This document shows positions 8,444 to 12,307 of a stretch of DNA of 12,307 nt, one piece after another. Where the stretch lies: the NCBI GenBank assembly GCA_044220955.1, contig JBGAQA010000146.1, forward strand, positions 1 through 12,307, read 5' to 3'. The DNA is from Sandaracinaceae bacterium. GTDB taxonomy: Bacteria; Myxococcota_A; Polyangia; Polyangiales; Sandaracinaceae. The position numbers and the translations under genes are program-made. The first letter of the stretch is position 1; each line of letters starts with the position of its first letter. The notes beneath the pieces were generated by a model, which was not told the DNA's origin, searched no databases, and saw only the letters and a program-made list of their open reading frames with translations.

Positions 8444-8865
8444 CGCGCGAAGAACGATCGCACGAGCTCGGGCGTGATCTCGGAGAAAGGGCGCACGGTT
8501 CCCCGATGGTCGCGCGCGAATCGCTCGGCGTCGGCGCGCGACCCCAGCGAGACGAGGTCCGGGCCCATGGGGCCCGACACGTCCGAGCCGGTGACGAAGA
8601 ACGCGCTCTCGAGCGCGACGTGCGTGCGCGCGTAGTAGTCGGTGACCCACGCGCCCGTGGCCGTGGAGTGCTCCAGTCGATAGCGCAAGAGGCACTTGTT
8701 GGAGTCGAACGCGATCGTCCGCCCGTCGAGGGTCGCCCCGCTCGTGAACGCGCCCGCCGGGTCGACGCGCATGCCGCAGTGCTCGCAGCGCGTCGACTGC
8801 GCCTCGACCGAGCACGCGACGAGCAGGAGGAGACCGAGCGCGAGCGGCGCGATGCGATCAGGCAT
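8440..8865 (-). CDS. nosL: NosL-family (nitrous oxide reductase accessory-like) Cu-binding lipoprotein, 141 aa
   Basis: Signal peptide with lipobox LVAC, then CEHCGM (CxxCGM), FDSNKC, WVTDYY, AFFVTGSDVSGPMG and AERFARDHRG. These are characteristic NosL motifs. Confidence 0.92.
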   Translation of the reverse strand: MPDRIAPLALGLLLLVACSVEAQSTRCEHCGMRVDPAGAFTSGATLDGRTIAFDSNKCLLRYRLEHSTATGAWVTDYYARTHVALESAFFVTGSDVSGPMGPDLVSLGSRADAERFARDHRGTVRPFSEITPELVRSFFAR

Positions 8866-8921
8866 CCGCGAGTCTTAGCAGGGCCGGGCCCGACGGGCTC
8901 CGGGCGTGGTACGCTCTGGCC
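8866..8921. promoter_or_regulatory. Compact divergent promoter region, probably giving two leaderless transcripts
   Basis: 56-bp gap between divergent ATGs. On + there is TG-G-TACGCT (8907-8915), ending 6 nt before ATG 8922. On - there is TG-C-TAAGAC (8880-8872), ending 6 nt before ATG 8865. Neither gene has an obvious Shine-Dalgarno sequence. Confidence 0.45.
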
Positions 8922-9461
8922 ATGGTGCGTGGTGCGGCATTCCGGTGCCTCCGCGCGCCCGGCGGCGCGGCCGCTGCGGTGGTCGTGCTGATCGGCGCGC
9001 TGAGCGCCGCCGCCTCGACTGCATCCGCACAGTCCGGACGTCCGTACATGCCCAGCGGCTACGGCGTCTCGGCGACCTACGTCGCGCCGGCCGTTCCCTA
9101 CGTGGCACCGCGCGCGCCTGCGACCTCGAGCATCCGCGGCCTCTGGATCCCGGGGCTGGTCGGCCTGCCCGTCGCCTGGATCGCGACCTGGGCGCACGCG
9201 AGCCTCTCGCTCACGGCCGGCTCGGACGGCGTGAACGTGGCGTTCATCCCCATCGCGGGGCCCTGGCTGGTGCTGGCGGCCCAGAGCGTCGATGCGCCCT
9301 ATTACGTGGTGACGGGCATCGTGCAGGACGTCTCGCTGATATGCCTCGTGCTCGGCCTCGCGATCCGCGTGCCCGAGCCGCGGGCGCGGATGGCGCTCGG
9401 GAGCGCGACGCTCGAAGTGCGGGCGGCGGGTAGCGCGCTGTCCGCGACGATCCAATTCTAG
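8922..9461 (+). CDS. Hypothetical secreted/membrane protein (179 aa)
   Basis: Signal peptide ending ASA|Q, a Pro/Tyr-rich segment, hydrophobic helices with FIPIAGPW, and a beta-strand-like C-terminus ending in Phe (LSATIQF). This architecture is familiar from myxobacterial hypotheticals (recollection, not searched). Confidence 0.75.
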   Translation: MVRGAAFRCLRAPGGAAAAVVVLIGALSAAASTASAQSGRPYMPSGYGVSATYVAPAVPYVAPRAPATSSIRGLWIPGLVGLPVAWIATWAHASLSLTAGSDGVNVAFIPIAGPWLVLAAQSVDAPYYVVTGIVQDVSLICLVLGLAIRVPEPRARMALGSATLEVRAAGSALSATIQF

Positions 9462-9466
9462 GCGCG

Positions 9467-10492
9467 TTGCTCGACAACCTCTTCCGACCCTGGCTCCTCG
9501 CGCTCGTCTTGCCCGAGCTCGTCGCGGCGGTGCTCGCCGTCGTCGCGATGGCCTCGGCCCTGCGCGTGCTCTCGCTCGGAGGCGCGCCGCGGACGAGCGA
9601 GCTCGCGCTGGCGATCGAGCGGCGCGCGGAGCTGGTCGCCACCCTCTTCGGCGTCGCGTCGATGGCGACGCTCGTGGCGCTCGTGGTGGAGGTGCTGGGC
9701 GCCGACCGGCTGCGGGCGTCCGTGCGCGGCGCGATGTGCGCCTGGGGCGTGCTCGCGCAAGCGGCGTGGGGCTTCCGCTCGCTGGGGCTCGCGCTGGCGT
9801 GCGCGCTGGCGTGCGCGGCCTGGCTCGGGCTGCACCGGGTCGACCTGGCGCTGCGCACGCCGGAGCTGACGCGCGTGAAGTTCGTCGCGGTGCTCCTGGT
9901 CGCTCCGCTCGTGATCGCGAACCTGGGCGCAGGGCTGCTCTACGCGCTGGGGCTCGACTTCCGCGTCGTCGCCTCCTGTTGTTCGACGGGGCTCGAGGGC
10001 GCGCGCGACGCGGTGCTCGGCGCCAGCGGCGGCGCGCGCACGTCCGCGTTCGCGGCGTTCGCCGGGCTCGGCGCGCTGAGCGCCTCCCTGGCGCTGGTCG
10101 CGCGACGGAGCGGCTCCGTGCGGCTCGGAGGCCTCGCGGCGCTCGCTTCCGGCCTCGCCGCCATCGCCGCCGCGCCCGCGATCCTCGGCTACGTGGCGCC
10201 CTACGCGTACGAGTCGCCCGCGCATCTCTGCCCCTTCTGCCTGCTCGACGACGACGGCCACCACATCGGCTGGCCGCTCTACGCCGCGCTCTACGCCGCC
10301 GTCTCGCTCGGCCTCGCGGCCGGCGTCGGCGCCCTCGCTGCCACCCGCGTTCGCGAGCGCGACGCAGCGTGGTCGGTGACCTCGCGCTCGCTCGGGCGCA
10401 TGGCCGCCGCCTGGGCGCTCGCGCTCGCGGTGGCGCTCTATCCGATCGTGCGCTTCACGATCCTGACGAACGGCGCTCCGCTCTTCGGGTGA
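9467..10492 (+). CDS. Polytopic membrane protein with Cys/His motifs, putative metal-binding (341 aa)
   Basis: TTG start 5 nt after the upstream TAG; roughly 8 hydrophobic segments. Motifs GAMCAWG (9728-9748), SCCS (9974-9985) and YESPAHLCPFCLL (HLCPFC at 10223-10240). Strong GC3 bias in this frame. Confidence 0.85.
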   Translation: MLDNLFRPWLLALVLPELVAAVLAVVAMASALRVLSLGGAPRTSELALAIERRAELVATLFGVASMATLVALVVEVLGADRLRASVRGAMCAWGVLAQAAWGFRSLGLALACALACAAWLGLHRVDLALRTPELTRVKFVAVLLVAPLVIANLGAGLLYALGLDFRVVASCCSTGLEGARDAVLGASGGARTSAFAAFAGLGALSASLALVARRSGSVRLGGLAALASGLAAIAAAPAILGYVAPYAYESPAHLCPFCLLDDDGHHIGWPLYAALYAAVSLGLAAGVGALAATRVRERDAAWSVTSRSLGRMAAAWALALAVALYPIVRFTILTNGAPLFG

Positions 10493-10548
10493 CGCGCCGC
10501 CGGGGCGCAACGCCCGCCGTGCTCGGTCGAGAACGCGGCGGAGGCCCC

Positions 10549-10923
10549 ATGTACAGCATCTCGGTCCGCGCTCCGGGCGCGTTCGTCGATCCGTTCACCC
10601 GTGCCACCTATGCGCTCGTCGATGCCTACGCGCGGGACGGTCACATCCCGCGCCCCGACCCGGCGTACTTCGTCGGCGACGCGAGCGCGATCGTCCTGGC
10701 GAGCGACGCGCTGCTCGCCATCGGCACACCCGCGTGGGAGCGCTGCGACGCGCCGCTCGTCTGCGGCGCGCTCGAGGCCGCCGCGCTCGAGGAGCTCGCG
10801 AGCGAGCTCGCGGCGGTCGCCGCCGAGAGACGGGCCTCGGCACCGGCCGCCCGCGCGAGCCGCCGCCGGGTCGCGCACCTCGCGCGGCGCGGGCGACGAC
10901 GCCCTCGCGCACTCGGGAGGTGA
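10549..10923 (+). CDS. Hypothetical protein (124 aa)
   Basis: GGAGG at 10540-10544 precedes ATG 10549 (MYSISVRAPGAFVDPF...). Composition is normal for about 95 aa, then an Arg-rich tail. It fills the gap between two confident genes. Confidence 0.6.
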   Translation: MYSISVRAPGAFVDPFTRATYALVDAYARDGHIPRPDPAYFVGDASAIVLASDALLAIGTPAWERCDAPLVCGALEAAALEELASELAAVAAERRASAPAARASRRRVAHLARRGRRRPRALGR

Positions 10924-10955
10924 CAGTCGCCGCGCTGCGCGCGAGGATGCGCGCG

Positions 10956-11876
10956 ATGAGGGCTCCGGATCGTGCGGACGTGCTCGTGGTGGGTGGCGGC
11001 CCGGCCGGCCTCTCGGCGGCGCTGCTCCTCGCGCGCGGGTGCAAGAGCGTCATCCTGTGTGACGCGGGGACGCCGCGGAACGCGCGCTCGACGGGGGTAC
11101 ACGGCTACCTCGGCTGCGACGCCGTGCTGCCGAGCGAGCTGCGGGCGCGCGGGCAGGCCGAGCTCGCGCGCTACCCGTCCGTCTCGCAGTTGTCTGCGCG
11201 CGTCGTCGGGATCGAGCGCCGCGGAGCCGACCTCGTCGCCACGCTCTCGCCCGGTGGGGAGGTGAGCGTCCGGCGCGTGCTGCTCGCGACCGGGATCGTG
11301 GACGCGCTCCCGAAGACGCCCGGATTCGCCGAGCAGTGGGGCAGGGGCGTCTTCGACTGCCCGTACTGCCACGGCTACGAGCACAGGGGCGAGCCCTGGG
11401 GCTTCGTCGCGCCGAAGGTCGCCGGCCTTCGTGCCGTCCTCTCCTACCTGGCCTGGACGCGCGACATGATCGTGTTCACGGACGGGTTCGCGCTCGACGT
11501 CCCGGCCGACCTGAAGCGCGAGCTCGACGTTGCGCGCGTGCGCTTCGAGCCGCGCAAGATCTTGCGCGTCGTCGCGGAAGGGGAGCGCCTGACCGGTCTC
11601 GAGGTCGAGGGGGGTGACGTCGTCGCGCGCGGCGCCCTCGTCTATCACCCCGCGGCGCGTCCGAGCGATCTCGCGCTGATGCTCGGCCTCGCGCAAGACG
11701 GCGGCTACGTCCGCGTCGAGCCGCGCACCCGGGAGACCAGCATGCGCGGAGTGTACGCGGGCGGAGATCTCGCGGCGGGTGGGATGAAGGCGCTCCTCTC
11801 GGCCGCGGACGGGATGGTCGCCGCGCAGTCCATCACCGAGGCGCTCACGCTCGAGGATGCCCTCTCGGCTCGCTGA
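10956..11876 (+). CDS. NAD(P)/FAD-dependent oxidoreductase, thioredoxin-reductase-like (GliT/dithiol-oxidase-type CPYC), ~306 aa
   Basis: DVLVVGGGPAGLSAA (FAD Rossmann motif), PRN....HGYLG, LLATG..D.LP..PG, FDCPYCHGYE (CPYC at 11358-11369), ETS..GVYAGGD. The start is uncertain: ATG 10956 (GAGG 9 nt upstream), ATG 10947, or GTG 10920 overlapping the upstream stop. Confidence 0.92.
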   Translation: MRAPDRADVLVVGGGPAGLSAALLLARGCKSVILCDAGTPRNARSTGVHGYLGCDAVLPSELRARGQAELARYPSVSQLSARVVGIERRGADLVATLSPGGEVSVRRVLLATGIVDALPKTPGFAEQWGRGVFDCPYCHGYEHRGEPWGFVAPKVAGLRAVLSYLAWTRDMIVFTDGFALDVPADLKRELDVARVRFEPRKILRVVAEGERLTGLEVEGGDVVARGALVYHPAARPSDLALMLGLAQDGGYVRVEPRTRETSMRGVYAGGDLAAGGMKALLSAADGMVAAQSITEALTLEDALSAR

Positions 11877-11945
11877 TTCTTTCCTGCGCGGACCGCTTTC
11901 GGTACGATGGCGCACGTTGGGGCCTATGGGGTTCGGAGCATGACG

Positions 11946-12209
11946 ATGAAGACGATTCTCGTGTCGTTCGTGGCAGCGTGTGCGCTCGTGGCGTGTGGCG
12001 GAGGCAGCTCGGAGTCGGGCGGCGGGACGGCGCGGCAGGGCTCGCACCCGGATCAGGGAGCGGCCGCGCCGCACATCGAGTGCGGCTCGAGCGCAGGACA
12101 CCACGGCAGCGGCTGCACGGACTCGACCTCCGGCGGTGACACCACCGCCTCGGACGGAACGACCGCGCCTGCGACCGACGCCGATGCGGGCACCGCCGCT
12201 CCGCAGTGA
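11946..12209 (+). CDS. Small lipoprotein, low complexity (87 aa)
   Basis: GGAG at 11935-11938, 7 nt before ATG 11946. MKTILVSFVAACALVAC-GGG is a clear lipoprotein signal. The mature part is Gly/Ser/Thr/Asp-rich with HIECGSSAGHHGSGC. Confidence 0.8.
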   Translation: MKTILVSFVAACALVACGGGSSESGGGTARQGSHPDQGAAAPHIECGSSAGHHGSGCTDSTSGGDTTASDGTTAPATDADAGTAAPQ

Positions 12210-12247
12210 CGGCGGCTCCGGAGTGAGCGAGCGCTAAATGACCGATC

Positions 12248-12268
12248 ACGATTCTGGGACAGAATCGT
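12248..12268. promoter_or_regulatory. Perfect 9-bp inverted repeat (operator or terminator-like hairpin)
   Basis: ACGATTCTG-GGA-CAGAATCGT, relatively AT-rich and intergenic. It abuts a TTGACG hexamer at 12268-12273. Confidence 0.5.
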
Positions 12269-12282
12269 TGACGGGCAGTTAG

Positions 12283-12307
12283 CGTCGCGACGGACGTCGC
12301 GACGGAC
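12283..12307. repeat. 12-bp tandem repeat, truncated by the window end
   Basis: CGTCGCGACGGA twice (12283-12294, 12295-12306) plus C. Each unit contains the 10-bp palindrome CGTCGCGACG. Confidence 0.7.

Noticed and set aside
8440..8865. Nitrous oxide reductase (nos) gene cluster
   Set aside because: Only nosL is present; there is no nosZ, nosD, nosF, nosY or nosR in the window.
7524..9455. N-terminal extension of ORF 5802..9455 (1217 aa), suggesting a large fusion
   Set aside because: Off-frame read-through of galT, nosL and the antisense of the 8922 gene. Protein-like sequence begins only at GTG 7523.
9458..12249. Minus-strand ORFs 9458..10510, 10641..12104 and 11845..12249
   Set aside because: Antisense shadows of well-supported plus-strand genes, with no recognisable motifs.
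12248..12307. CRISPR array edge
   Set aside because: The repeats are 12 bp and directly adjacent with no spacers, and no cas genes are in the window.

Overview
Very GC-rich bacterial DNA; the codon bias and protein types suggest Myxococcota/Polyangiales (inference). The left three quarters hold a minus-strand, apparently translationally coupled four-gene operon in which each junction is a 4-nt ATGA/GTGA overlap: NosL-family lipoprotein -> divergent GalT/HIT-family nucleotidyltransferase -> compact HSP90/HtpG-like GHKL ATPase (573 aa) -> giant 1860-aa protein. The 5' end of a lipoprotein gene follows, cut by the window edge. By eye, the giant protein is a paralog of the ATPase: a degenerate (pseudo-ATPase) HSP90 N-domain followed by about 6-7 tandem ~220-250-aa HSP90 middle-domain-like repeats. 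This active ATPase plus repeat-expanded pseudo-ATPase pair is the best candidate for an undescribed system. The right quarter, on the plus strand, holds a secreted/membrane hypothetical, a Cys-motif polytopic membrane protein (GAMC, CC, HxCPFC), a small hypothetical, a TrxB/GliT-like CPYC flavoprotein and a small His/Cys lipoprotein. A palindrome and a 12-bp tandem repeat sit at the right edge. No rRNA, tRNA, CRISPR array or mobile element was seen. All homology calls come from motif reading, with no database search.
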